DNA of 64,000 bases, from IMG/VR virus record IMGVR_UViG_3300049219_000004. One strand, 5' to 3'. The translations under genes and the position numbers were made by a program. The DNA is from a virus. Its lineage: Duplodnaviria; Heunggongvirae; Uroviricota; Caudoviricetes. Position 1 is the stretch's first letter. Every line of letters starts with the position of its first letter. Of the stretch, positions 1 through 8,806 are shown piece after piece. Under the pieces are notes generated by a model that made no database searches, had not been told where the DNA came from, and worked only from the letters and a program-made list of their open reading frames with translations.

Positions 1-1
1 A

Positions 2-148
2 GCTGCATTGACTCACTTCAGTATTGGCGTAGCAAGCTCTGGAACAAGTAAGATTCTGTACAGCGGTACCGCAACACCGAATGTAACTATGGCTGTTGGA
101 GTTATTCCGCGAATCACAACTGCTGCTAACCTTGTAACAGAGGACTAA
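2..148 (+). CDS. 3' end of an upstream gene cut by the window edge (hypothetical, probably structural)
   Basis: Open frame from the window edge to TAA at 146-148; the next gene starts 3 nt later with an SD-like AGAGGA. Confidence 0.3.
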   Translation, partial: AALTHFSIGVASSGTSKILYSGTATPNVTMAVGVIPRITTAANLVTED

Positions 149-150
149 CT

Positions 151-591
151 ATGAGAGTAGTGACATCTGAATTTACTTCGGCAGTGCCACAAGTAGACGG
201 TCGCTACTACGTTACGGAAACCCACACCACGGACGAGGGAGAACCGATTAGGTATGAGTACCTTAACGACGGTTCCCTTGATCCTCAGATGGTCATGGAA
301 GAGCGTGCTATTGAAATGAATCGTAAGCTCGTCGCAAGAGAAGTTGCACGAGCCGCCGTGACAGGTACAGACGTACCTATGACACGCTACGAATTTCTTA
401 GCCGTTTTACTCCTACCGAACGAGTAGCAATTAGAATTAAATCAAAAACAGACGCCATTGTAGAAGATTTCATGGAGCTGCTAAGTACGTCTGGACTAGT
501 GTTTTTGAAACTGGCACAACCCGGACTTAATTATCTGGCTAGCATTGGAGTGATTACAGCGGAACGAGCTGTTATTCTCGGGAGTGAATAA
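151..591 (+). CDS. hypothetical protein (146 aa), late/structural module
   Basis: ORF with SD, co-directional and tightly packed with downstream structural-like genes; stop/start overlap (TAATG) with next gene. Confidence 0.5.
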   Translation: MRVVTSEFTSAVPQVDGRYYVTETHTTDEGEPIRYEYLNDGSLDPQMVMEERAIEMNRKLVAREVARAAVTGTDVPMTRYEFLSRFTPTERVAIRIKSKTDAIVEDFMELLSTSGLVFLKLAQPGLNYLASIGVITAERAVILGSE

Positions 592-1904
592 TGTCCGATA
601 TTTATGTACGTTCTTCTGATGGAAGTGATTCAGATAACGGGAGTACATGGGCTTTAGCTAAAGCTACAAGTCCCGGTGCAGCCGCAATTGACGTTGCAGG
701 CGATACGATTAATTATGCATCTACGCATTCTGAATCGTCTGGAACTGCCCTCACCTTGTCGTGGGCAGGCACAGCATCCAATCCTACAAAGATTCTCAGT
801 GTCAGTGATTCAGCAGCACCTCCTACGACAATGACGCCCGGTGCGTCAATTGCGACAACAGGCTCTCTTGGTATTACGATGGTAGGTAGTTGCTACGTAG
901 ATGGAATGTCATTCACAGCAGGGGGTCTTATCACGCTTTGTAGCACAGGGGGCACACAGACCTACAGAGGTTGCAAATTTAGGACTAACAATGCTGGATC
1001 AGGTGGTGGATTCTCTGTTGCTAATAACAACGTGCTCACCAGACTGAAAATCCTAGATTCTACTTTCTATTTTTCAGCCGCAGGTAATAGGCTAATCGCC
1101 CAACACAGCGTGCTTATCCGTGGAGGTTCGATGGAACCGGGTAGTACGACTCCTACCAACTTTCTGACGTTTGGCTCAGATGGGCGAGGCGGTGAAACTC
1201 TGGTTGAAGGTTTTGATTTCTCTGGATTCTCTAGCGGGATGAATCTCGTGGCATCAAACCCTCTAGCTTCTGGACGTTGCGTATTCCGTAACTGCAAACT
1301 TCCTACATCGTGGTCGGGTTCACTAGTATCTGGACTGGTCGGCATGGGAGTGCGAGTATCGATGTACAACTGCGACAATGCTGCCACTAACTATCGCATG
1401 TGGGTAGAAGACTACGCAGGCAGTATTAAGAGTGAAACGACAATCGTGCGTGCTGACGGTGCCACGGACGGTACTCAGCCATTTTCATGGAAGATGACCT
1501 CCAGTGCCAACTGTAACGCAGCACTAAGTCAACTTGAAACAGACGAGCTGCCACCAAAATGGAATGAAGTTGTAGGGAGTGCCATTACCGTGCAGGTAGA
1601 GATTGCGCATGATAGCGTAACTAATCTTACTGACGGTGAAGTGGCACTAGAAGTACAGTATTTGGGAACATCAGGAGTGCCGCTTTCACTGTTTATCAGC
1701 GATAGTAAATCTTCGTTCCTAGCTACAGCGGCTGACCAGACAACCAGCTCTGCAACATGGACTACGACAGGCATGACTAACCCGAATAAGCAAGTACTGT
1801 CGGTAACGTTCACACCTCAAGAGGTTGGATTTATTTTGCCTAAAGTGATCCTTGGGAAAGCAAGTAAAACAATTTACGTATGTCCTAAAGTGCAGGTGAG
1901 CTAA
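591..1904 (+). CDS. putative virion structural protein (tail spike/fiber-like, Gly/Ser/Thr-rich)
   Basis: 437-aa ORF, G/S/T/N-rich composition typical of beta-helical fiber/spike proteins; translationally coupled to neighbours. Confidence 0.4.
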   Translation: MSDIYVRSSDGSDSDNGSTWALAKATSPGAAAIDVAGDTINYASTHSESSGTALTLSWAGTASNPTKILSVSDSAAPPTTMTPGASIATTGSLGITMVGSCYVDGMSFTAGGLITLCSTGGTQTYRGCKFRTNNAGSGGGFSVANNNVLTRLKILDSTFYFSAAGNRLIAQHSVLIRGGSMEPGSTTPTNFLTFGSDGRGGETLVEGFDFSGFSSGMNLVASNPLASGRCVFRNCKLPTSWSGSLVSGLVGMGVRVSMYNCDNAATNYRMWVEDYAGSIKSETTIVRADGATDGTQPFSWKMTSSANCNAALSQLETDELPPKWNEVVGSAITVQVEIAHDSVTNLTDGEVALEVQYLGTSGVPLSLFISDSKSSFLATAADQTTSSATWTTTGMTNPNKQVLSVTFTPQEVGFILPKVILGKASKTIYVCPKVQVS

Positions 1905-2764
1905 TGGCACAGAGACTTATTCCGGGAATTGGGTACGTCGATGATGATTTTGTAGGGCAACGCCTTATTCCCGGAGTTGGTTATGTGTATGGCTCTGGGA
2001 GTTCTTCTACAATTGTCAGTACAAACTGTGAATCATCAGGAGGCTCCACTGTAAGCGCTGTAGCACGCACTGTAGCTACTACAGTTGGAAGTAGCTCTGG
2101 AACGTCTAGTGTCGCAAGTACGGTAAGAGCTGTTTCTCAAACTTCATGTAGCAGTGTAGGTGTTTCATCTGTATCGGCTTCTTTAAACGCTGTCTACGGG
2201 ACAAACGGTAATGCATCTGGGACTTCTACTGTTGCGTCTGTTGTTCGTTCAATCTGGAACGTTGTAGGGGCCTCTACAGGGGTTTCCACAGCAAACGCTA
2301 CCACTAATAAAATCGTCTTGGTTGTTTGCTCAAGCTCCGGTACTTCTGTGGCAAGTGCTGAAACAGATGCAGGAAGTTCTCCAGCGGAGTATGGTGATAC
2401 AGATTGTGCGTCTTCAGGAAGTAGCACAGCTAATGCTGTTACCCAAGCAATTATTCAAATACTATGTACCGCTTCTGGCGTGTCAAACGTTACAGCAGAA
2501 ACACAATGTATCGTTGCTACGACAGCTTCAGCAGAGTCCAGCTCTGTTGCACAAGCCATTACGCAAAGTATTGTAGAAACAGTTTGTAATGCTTCAGGAA
2601 GCTGCACAGTTAATGCTGTAGCAATTGACGGAAGTCAGAGTGGACTTGTTATTTCAGGTGCAGGTGTTAGTGTTACGCTGTTGGCAGGTAATTACTCTGT
2701 GAGACAAATCAATCAAATTAAAGCTGAAATTATTTCTGGTAGTTTCGGTGCAAGTATTATCTAA
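1904..2764 (+). CDS. Ser/Thr/Ala/Val-rich repetitive fiber-like protein with duplicated N-terminal QRLIPGxGYV motif
   Basis: 286 aa; N-terminus carries two copies of QRLIPGIGYVDD / QRLIPGVGYVYG, then ~250 aa of low-complexity S/T/A/V repeats (GTSxVAS..). Confidence 0.45.
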   Translation: MAQRLIPGIGYVDDDFVGQRLIPGVGYVYGSGSSSTIVSTNCESSGGSTVSAVARTVATTVGSSSGTSSVASTVRAVSQTSCSSVGVSSVSASLNAVYGTNGNASGTSTVASVVRSIWNVVGASTGVSTANATTNKIVLVVCSSSGTSVASAETDAGSSPAEYGDTDCASSGSSTANAVTQAIIQILCTASGVSNVTAETQCIVATTASAESSSVAQAITQSIVETVCNASGSCTVNAVAIDGSQSGLVISGAGVSVTLLAGNYSVRQINQIKAEIISGSFGASII

Positions 2765-2778
2765 GAAAGGTAGCACAC

Positions 2779-3102
2779 ATGAACATTGAAAGGTTCAGAG
2801 GCGATACTAAGCCGTTCTCGCTGCTACTGTCGGACACTGGCTCCCCGTTGAACCTGACGGGGTGTTCAGTTAAATTGACAGTGAATAAGCAGAGTAATCC
2901 CGTGGATGTAACGCAGCAAGTATTCCAATTGACAGGATCAATGCTAACTCCTACAAATGGTGTGGTAGACTTCTCGATGGACGACACCCAAGCGGACAAC
3001 GTTGGAATTTTCTACTTCGACATTGAAGTAGTGGACGCGCAGTCCAAGAAGTTCACCGTAGTGAAGGGTACGTTCCAAATGGTACAAGACATCACAAAGT
3101 AA
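2779..3102 (+). CDS. hypothetical small structural protein (107 aa)
   Basis: ORF with SD (GAAAGGTAG..ATG), last gene before tRNA cluster. Confidence 0.45.
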   Translation: MNIERFRGDTKPFSLLLSDTGSPLNLTGCSVKLTVNKQSNPVDVTQQVFQLTGSMLTPTNGVVDFSMDDTQADNVGIFYFDIEVVDAQSKKFTVVKGTFQMVQDITK

Positions 3103-3109
3103 CTATAGC

Positions 3110-3138
3110 TTGACAAAACAAGTAAGTAGTGCTATGAT
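3110..3138 (+). promoter_or_regulatory. sigma70-like promoter driving tRNA cluster (TTGACA-17-TATGAT)
   Basis: TTGACA at 3110-3115, 17-nt spacer containing AAGTAGTG, TATGAT at 3133-3138, 10 nt upstream of tRNA 5' end. Confidence 0.55.
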
Positions 3139-3147
3139 GCTGTTACT

Positions 3148-3238
3148 GGGAGATTGGCAGAGTGGTCGATTGCAGCGTCTTGCTAAGTCGTAGGGTTACT
3201 CCGTAGCTCCGTGCGTTCGAATCGCACATCTTCCGCCA
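3148..3238 (+). tRNA. tRNA-Ser (anticodon GCT), type II with long variable arm
   Basis: 7-bp acceptor stem GGGAGAT/ATCTTCC, D-stem GCAG/TTGC, anticodon loop TTGCTAA, T-arm GTGCG-TTCGAAT-CGCAC, discriminator G + encoded CCA. Confidence 0.6.
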
Positions 3239-3355
3239 GAATTACTGCCCCATCATTGGCGAGATGGGTTTGTAGCAGGGGTGAGAGTCCCAAGCACGTC
3301 AGTCTGACCTTTGAGAAAGCAAGGTAGTGCTAGTAGGTAAGCTACTAACGAACAT

Positions 3356-3448
3356 GGGAGAGTTAGCCGAGGTGGACTAGCGGCAACGGTCTTGAAAACC
3401 GAAGGCTCAGAAATGGGTGTGTGAGTTCGAGTCTCACCTCTTCCGCCA
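3356..3448 (+). tRNA. tRNA-Ser (anticodon TGA), type II
   Basis: Acceptor GGGAGAG/CTCTTCC, anticodon stem CGGT/ACCG with loop CTTGAAA, T-arm GTGAG-TTCGAGT-CTCAC, G73 + CCA. Confidence 0.6.
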
Positions 3449-3590
3449 GAGTTCCCTAAAGGGACTTGAAAATCCAAGAGCGCTCTTGGTCTATAAGTTG
3501 GCCGTAGACTTGTGTGCACACGAGGAACGACGTGATGATCCTAAAGGATATGACTTTTATATGCAAGTTTCAAAGCAAACAAGCACGAAT

Positions 3591-3666
3591 GGTGATGTAG
3601 CTCAGTCGGTAGAGCAGTGTCTTGATAAGGCATTGGTCGATGGTTCGAACCCATCCTTCACCACCA
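3591..3666 (+). tRNA. tRNA-Ile (anticodon GAT)
   Basis: 76 nt canonical cloverleaf: acceptor GGTGATG/CTTCACC (one U-U), D-arm GCTC-AGTCGGTAG-AGC, anticodon loop TTGATAA, T-arm GATGG-TTCGAAC-CCATC, A73 + CCA. Confidence 0.7.
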
Positions 3667-3677
3667 AAGAATACAGA

Positions 3678-3752
3678 TGGGGATTAGGCTTCTGAGAGGT
3701 CAACCGGCTTTGAACCGCGTTTAGGTGAGTTTGATTCTCACATCCCCTGCCA
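3678..3752 (+). tRNA. tRNA-like element, possibly tRNA-Gln(TTG) with defective stems
   Basis: Good T-arm GTGAG-TTTGATT-CTCAC, acceptor TGGGGAT/ATCCCCT (1-72 U-U), G + CCA; candidate anticodon loop CTTTGAA but anticodon stem has two outer mismatches. Confidence 0.3.
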
Positions 3753-3758
3753 AACAAT

Positions 3759-3834
3759 AAGTCCCAGCATAAAGGTATGCAGCCAGCCTCCAAAGCCGTG
3801 CACGGACAGCGTTCGATTCGCTGGGGATTTGCCA
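3759..3834 (+). other. degenerate tRNA-like element (intact acceptor/D/T arms, no pairable anticodon stem)
   Basis: 76 nt: acceptor AAGTCCC/GGGATTT, D-arm GCAT-AAAGGT-ATGC, T-arm CAGCG-TTCGATT-CGCTG, G + CCA; the expected anticodon stem region cannot pair. Confidence 0.25.
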
Positions 3835-3849
3835 AATTAACTATTCACT

Positions 3850-3869
3850 GCCCCTTACGGGGCTTTTTG
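3850..3869 (+). terminator. rho-independent terminator closing tRNA cluster
   Basis: GCCCC-TTAC-GGGGC hairpin followed by TTTTT. Confidence 0.6.
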
Positions 3870-3874
3870 CATTT

Positions 3875-5362
3875 ATGGCTAAGAAAAAACAAATTACCCA
3901 AGCTGTAGAGCAAGCATATGAAGAAGAACAAGTTGTTCTTGGGCCTTGCTCTGAAAAACAACGTATGGTGCTTACAGATAACGAAACCGACATTCTCCTC
4001 GTAGGAGGTGGAGCCGGTGGTGGTAAGTCGTATCTAGCCCTTTTGAAAGCCCTAGACTTCTGTCAAGACCCAGCAGCACGTGTTCTGATTGTACGTTTGA
4101 CGTACCCAGTGCTGAAGGCTGTAGGTGGACTGGTAGACGAATCCAAGTTCCTCTATTCACAGTTTGGCGCAGAATTTAAGCTTCAACCCTTAGAGTGGCA
4201 TTTCCCGAACGGAGCTATGGTTAAATTCGTAGCAATGCCTACAGACCACGGAGAAGTTCAAGGTTGGCAGGCTACGAATATTATCGTTGATGAAGGAGCC
4301 GAATTCAAGCTTGAGGACATTCTAGCATTGAAAGCTCGTATTCGTGGCGCACGGTACAAAGGTAAGTTGGGAATGACCATTACCTGCAACCCGAATCGAA
4401 ATAGCTGGCTGTTCCCGTTCGTAGAATACTGCCTTGATGAGAACGGTGTTCCGAAAGCTGGAACAGAATATATCACTCGTTATTTTATCAACCGTGGAGG
4501 AAAGATTCTATGGGGTGATACAAAGGATGAACTGTTTGAGAAACACGGGCACGGACTAAATCGTGACCCTGAAAAGGGGCGAGTAACATTTGGCCCTGTT
4601 AGTTTCCGGTTTATCCCTATGGATATCTATTCCAATCCGGTGCTATTAAAAAATAATCCAGACTACTTGAAAGACCTGCTGTCCGGTACGCGTGTAGCAC
4701 AGCTCCGATTCCTTCACGGGTCATGGACAGCCGTCCCAGAAGGTAACAGTAACTTCAACCGGGATTGGGTAAATATTATTGAACACGCTCCTGTAGAAGT
4801 GTCTGGCCGCGTCCGTTCATGGGATTTGGCACACTCTGTACCAAGTGAAACCTATCCCGACCCAGACTGGACTGCCGGCGTAAAAATGAGCCGAACTAAA
4901 TCTGGTAGATACGTTGTTGAACACGTAAAGCGTGATAGACGATTGACGGATGGAGTTGTCCGCATGCTTATTGATACAGCTCATCAAGAAGATGGTTTAG
5001 GCCATCCAGTTACCATCCCTAAAGATAATGGAGGCGGTAAAGCTGCCACCCAGTTCTTTATTAAAGCACTAGCTGAGCAAGGTATTACTGTCAAGGGTAT
5101 TCCAATCTCAGGGCATACGACGAAGATGCAACGCTTCCTGCCATTCTGTTCTATTGCTGAAGCTGGCTTGGTGGACGTTGTACGCGGAGAATGGAATGAC
5201 GACTTCTTCGTAGAGCTGGAGTTCTTCCAAGGTATTAGAAATGAAAAGAACGATCAGGTAGACGCATGTGCCGACGCATTTAATTTCCTTGCCAAAGGAA
5301 GTAACATTCCTGATTTTGTCGTCCCTGATCTGTCAGGCCCAAGCCCAGTTCCAACTATTTAA
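3875..5362 (+). CDS. terL: terminase large subunit
   Basis: 495 aa; Walker A VGGGAGGGKS near N-terminus, C-terminal nuclease-like acidic motifs; directly followed by portal gene. Confidence 0.9.
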   Translation: MAKKKQITQAVEQAYEEEQVVLGPCSEKQRMVLTDNETDILLVGGGAGGGKSYLALLKALDFCQDPAARVLIVRLTYPVLKAVGGLVDESKFLYSQFGAEFKLQPLEWHFPNGAMVKFVAMPTDHGEVQGWQATNIIVDEGAEFKLEDILALKARIRGARYKGKLGMTITCNPNRNSWLFPFVEYCLDENGVPKAGTEYITRYFINRGGKILWGDTKDELFEKHGHGLNRDPEKGRVTFGPVSFRFIPMDIYSNPVLLKNNPDYLKDLLSGTRVAQLRFLHGSWTAVPEGNSNFNRDWVNIIEHAPVEVSGRVRSWDLAHSVPSETYPDPDWTAGVKMSRTKSGRYVVEHVKRDRRLTDGVVRMLIDTAHQEDGLGHPVTIPKDNGGGKAATQFFIKALAEQGITVKGIPISGHTTKMQRFLPFCSIAEAGLVDVVRGEWNDDFFVELEFFQGIRNEKNDQVDACADAFNFLAKGSNIPDFVVPDLSGPSPVPTI

Positions 5363-5413
5363 CGTTACCTACCACACTTTTCAATACAAGTAAATAGGTA
5401 ACGTGGTAAAAAG

Positions 5414-5442
5414 TTGACAAATAAGGGCATATACTGTATACT
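5414..5442 (+). promoter_or_regulatory. sigma70-like promoter (TTGACA-17-TATACT) upstream of portal gene
   Basis: TTGACA 5414-5419, 17-nt spacer, TATACT 5437-5442; SD AAGGAG before ATG at 5471. Confidence 0.5.
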
Positions 5443-5470
5443 ATGCGTTATAAATTAAAGAAGGAGCACT

Positions 5471-6970
5471 ATGGCAGACCAAAAGCCACAAGCTGATAGC
5501 GGCGCTGGCCTAGCAGCCGATCCTTCGGCAGTAATTCCACGTATTAGTTTGAGCGAGGTTGGTTTTACCGGCCTCACAACGATGGCAGGTCAAATTCTTG
5601 AGGAACAAAACAGGGCATTTAGATTCCCTGCGTTCCTTAAGACGGTAGTTGAGATGCGAACTGACCCAACTGTGGCAGCAGCACTTAATGTCTATCGAAT
5701 GATGCTGACACGTGTTCAATGGCGTGTAGCACCCCCAGAAAATGCAACCGATACAGAAAAGAAACGAGCTAAGTTCGTAGAAAGCTGTATGACGGACATG
5801 GAGGGTACATGGCCTCAATTCATGGCAGAAACCGTTACCTATCTAGAATATGGTTTCTCAATTCAAGAAAAAGTATTCCGTCGTCGTCTAGCACGAAACG
5901 GAAGTAAGTACAACGATGGTTTGGTAGGCTTGCGTAAGCTGGCTCCTCGCCCACAAGATACGATTCGTCATTGGAATTTCTCCGAAGATGGTCGTGAACT
6001 GGTAAGCGTAGGACAGAGCATTAAAAACATGGAAAACTCAGCTAGGTTTATGAAAACGGCTGATATGAACGGACTGATTACAATCGACCGTGACAAGTTT
6101 CTATTGTTCTCTGCGGATAGCGTAAAAGGTAATCCAGAAGGTAAGTCAGTACTGAAGTCAGTATATCTACCTTATAAGCAGCTAGCACTACTTAAAGACC
6201 AACTAATGCTTGGCGTGTCGAAAGATATCGCCTCAGTTCCAGTAGTATATATCCCTCCAAAATATATGGCACAAGATGCCTCAGATTCGGAGAAGGCTGT
6301 ATATAAAGCATATCTAGACGCAGCCCAAGCCATCGCAGATGGTAAGCAGCGCTCTCTGGTTATGCCTCAAGTGTTCGATGAAAACAATAACAAATTGTTT
6401 GAATTCGACTTGATGGAAGCTAAAGGAACTAATAAATTTGATATCCCGAAGATTATTGAGCAGCTTCAGAATGACATTCTAACAGCATTGTCAGCCGACG
6501 TATTGAAAAATGGTCAAGCTGAATCTGGAACTTTCTCAATTAAGGATACTAAGACAAACCTTTGCGCAATGGCGATGGAACACCGCCTAAACGAAATTCG
6601 TGACGTGCTTAACAGCGATTTGATTGCGCAACTTTATGCGCTAAATGGCTGGAGTCAAGAACGTCTGCCTACGTTTGAATATGGCGACATTGCTGATGTA
6701 GATAGTGAAGCATGGTCGAAACTTGTACAACGTGTTGCTTCTGTCGGTCTGGTTGAAGTAGACCGTGAATGGCTGAATAAAGCTCGTGAAGTTGCCGGCG
6801 TAGCTCCAAGACCTCTCGACGCTCCTGTAGACAAAGAAAATCTAACAGGTGCAAATAGTCGCTCTGGAGACGGAATGGCTGTTGGTAAGAGCGGAGAAGG
6901 AACTTCCGACATCGGGGGCAAGTCTAGCAAGCAAGATAAATCGGCCCGTAACGCTGACAATAAAGGATAA
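5471..6970 (+). CDS. portal protein
   Basis: 499 aa, immediately downstream of terL and upstream of prohead protease; size and position typical of lambda-like portal. Confidence 0.8.
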   Translation: MADQKPQADSGAGLAADPSAVIPRISLSEVGFTGLTTMAGQILEEQNRAFRFPAFLKTVVEMRTDPTVAAALNVYRMMLTRVQWRVAPPENATDTEKKRAKFVESCMTDMEGTWPQFMAETVTYLEYGFSIQEKVFRRRLARNGSKYNDGLVGLRKLAPRPQDTIRHWNFSEDGRELVSVGQSIKNMENSARFMKTADMNGLITIDRDKFLLFSADSVKGNPEGKSVLKSVYLPYKQLALLKDQLMLGVSKDIASVPVVYIPPKYMAQDASDSEKAVYKAYLDAAQAIADGKQRSLVMPQVFDENNNKLFEFDLMEAKGTNKFDIPKIIEQLQNDILTALSADVLKNGQAESGTFSIKDTKTNLCAMAMEHRLNEIRDVLNSDLIAQLYALNGWSQERLPTFEYGDIADVDSEAWSKLVQRVASVGLVEVDREWLNKAREVAGVAPRPLDAPVDKENLTGANSRSGDGMAVGKSGEGTSDIGGKSSKQDKSARNADNKG

Positions 6971-6973
6971 ATA

Positions 6974-7804
6974 ATGACAATGCAACGGCCTGTTCGTAGG
7001 TTGACATCCGACCTATACAACAAGCCGCATCTCATTTCTGCGGAAGCTTTCAGTGCGATCACAACGTATCTGGAGCTTCGCAATACTGGGATGCTGGCAC
7101 AAGTAGAAACCGTTTCTGCCGACCTTGATAAAGCTTCAAATGTTGGCAAGATCGGCCTAATCAATATTCACGGTAGTCTTACTAACAAACCTGTTGAGTC
7201 TCGTTGCGGAGCCACAGGTACAAGCTATGCAGGCTTGATGGATCAAACATCAGAGCTAATTGGCATGGGCTGTAAAAAGATCGTTTTCGATATCAGCTCC
7301 GGTGGAGGCGAAGCATTTAATTGTTTCCAAACTGCTGACGCAATTCGAAAAATGGCGGATGACAACGACGTATATCTAATCTCGTATGTTCAAGATTGTG
7401 CCGCTTCCGCTGCCTACGCCTTGTGCGTAATGTCCGACGAAGTTGTAGCACATCCACAAGGACAGGTTGGAAGTATCGGCGTACTAATCGCTCTAATGAA
7501 TAACAGTAAAGCCCTTGAAAAAGAAGGCTATTCTCGTACATTTATTACTGCTGGAGCTAACAAAATTCCTTTCGATGCGAACGGAGAGTTCCGCGAAGAG
7601 TTCCTTGAAGCTCTTCAAGCGCAAGTGGATGAACTTTACGGAGAGTTTGTAGCTCACGTAGCTGAATATACAGGACTGTCTGTAGAAGAAATCAAAGCCA
7701 CTGAAGCTTCGATGTTCCGTGCTAGTAAAGCCATGGAGATGGGTCTAGTCAATTCGGTTATGACCAACGAAGAATTCGCTCAGTACCTAACGAAAAAGGA
7801 GTGA
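6974..7804 (+). CDS. prohead protease, S49 (SppA/ClpP-like) family (lambda gpC-like)
   Basis: 276 aa; DISSGGGEAF serine-protease core typical of S49/ClpP fold; position portal-protease-scaffold-capsid. Confidence 0.8.
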   Translation: MTMQRPVRRLTSDLYNKPHLISAEAFSAITTYLELRNTGMLAQVETVSADLDKASNVGKIGLINIHGSLTNKPVESRCGATGTSYAGLMDQTSELIGMGCKKIVFDISSGGGEAFNCFQTADAIRKMADDNDVYLISYVQDCAASAAYALCVMSDEVVAHPQGQVGSIGVLIALMNNSKALEKEGYSRTFITAGANKIPFDANGEFREEFLEALQAQVDELYGEFVAHVAEYTGLSVEEIKATEASMFRASKAMEMGLVNSVMTNEEFAQYLTKKE

Positions 7805-8337
7805 TCTTGAAAGATACGCTAAAACGAATGCTTGGTATTTCCCAAGCGCCTGCGCAAGCAGAACAACTGAAAGAGGAAGTAGTCAATATGACTGATGTAA
7901 CTCACGCTGATGCTGCTGCTGACGCAAACGTAGCGGCGCTTCAAAGCACCGTTGCATCCCTAACGGAACAACTGGGCGTTAAGGACGCCAAGATTGCAGA
8001 ACTCGCCGCTCTGGTAGCTGCTGCAACCGAATTTAAAGTTGCCCAAGAAAAAGCTGCTGCTGAAGCTATTACAGCTTCACGAGTAGAGAAACTAACGGCA
8101 CTTGTGGGAACCGAACAAGCTGCAAATCTTCAAGCTGCAACAGCTTCGATGGATGCCCCAGCATTTGATGCACTGGTAGCTGCTATGTCGTTTAAACAGA
8201 CGGCTGAAGCTGCAAGTCCAGCATTCAAAGAAGTAGGTGCGGAAGGTACTACTGACCAAACCAAACTAAATGCGGAAGTATATGGCGGAAAAACTGCTGA
8301 CTACCTGCAAGCAATTGTTAACAAAGAACTTAACTAA
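7801..8337 (+). CDS. scaffolding protein (Ala-rich coiled coil)
   Basis: 178 aa, A/E/K-rich predicted coiled coil, overlaps protease stop, precedes decoration and capsid genes. Confidence 0.55.
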   Translation: MILKDTLKRMLGISQAPAQAEQLKEEVVNMTDVTHADAAADANVAALQSTVASLTEQLGVKDAKIAELAALVAAATEFKVAQEKAAAEAITASRVEKLTALVGTEQAANLQAATASMDAPAFDALVAAMSFKQTAEAASPAFKEVGAEGTTDQTKLNAEVYGGKTADYLQAIVNKELN

Positions 8338-8354
8338 TCTAAAAGGAAATAGAC

Positions 8355-8783
8355 ATGCCAGTTATCGCAACTGAAGGCCAATTCGACCGCTTCAGCAGCG
8401 TTGTCAAATACATTGACGACGTAGCCAAGCCAAGCACTCACAACGAACTAGTTACTGTGAATGAAGCAGCAATTAAATCGTACTCACTGGGAACTGTGCT
8501 GGGTAAAGTTACCGCTACAGGTAAATACAAAATCGCAGTCCAGACTGCCGTGGATGGTTCTAACGTACCAGCCGCAATCGTAATCGGTGACAGCTCTGGT
8601 GTTGTAACCACTTTCGCAGTCGCAGCAACTACTGATACCAAAGTTTTGACTCTGGCTCGTGGTAAAGCAATCGTGGCAAAAGAAGGGCTGAAACTAGACG
8701 CAACATACAACGACGCTACTAAAGTTCAAGCTGCTTATGACGCACTGAAGGCTCTCGGCATTCTTGCTGAAAGCGCTAACTAA
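8355..8783 (+). CDS. head decoration protein (gpD-like)
   Basis: 142 aa, strong SD, between scaffold and major capsid as in lambda D-E arrangement. Confidence 0.45.
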   Translation: MPVIATEGQFDRFSSVVKYIDDVAKPSTHNELVTVNEAAIKSYSLGTVLGKVTATGKYKIAVQTAVDGSNVPAAIVIGDSSGVVTTFAVAATTDTKVLTLARGKAIVAKEGLKLDATYNDATKVQAAYDALKALGILAESAN

Positions 8784-8806
8784 TTAACAAAGTAAAGGAA
8801 TATTAA

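Noticed and set aside
3253-3519. 88-aa minus-strand ORF overlapping the tRNA cluster
   Set aside because: Lies antisense across tRNA-Ser(TGA) and its spacers; no SD. The tRNA structures explain the region better.
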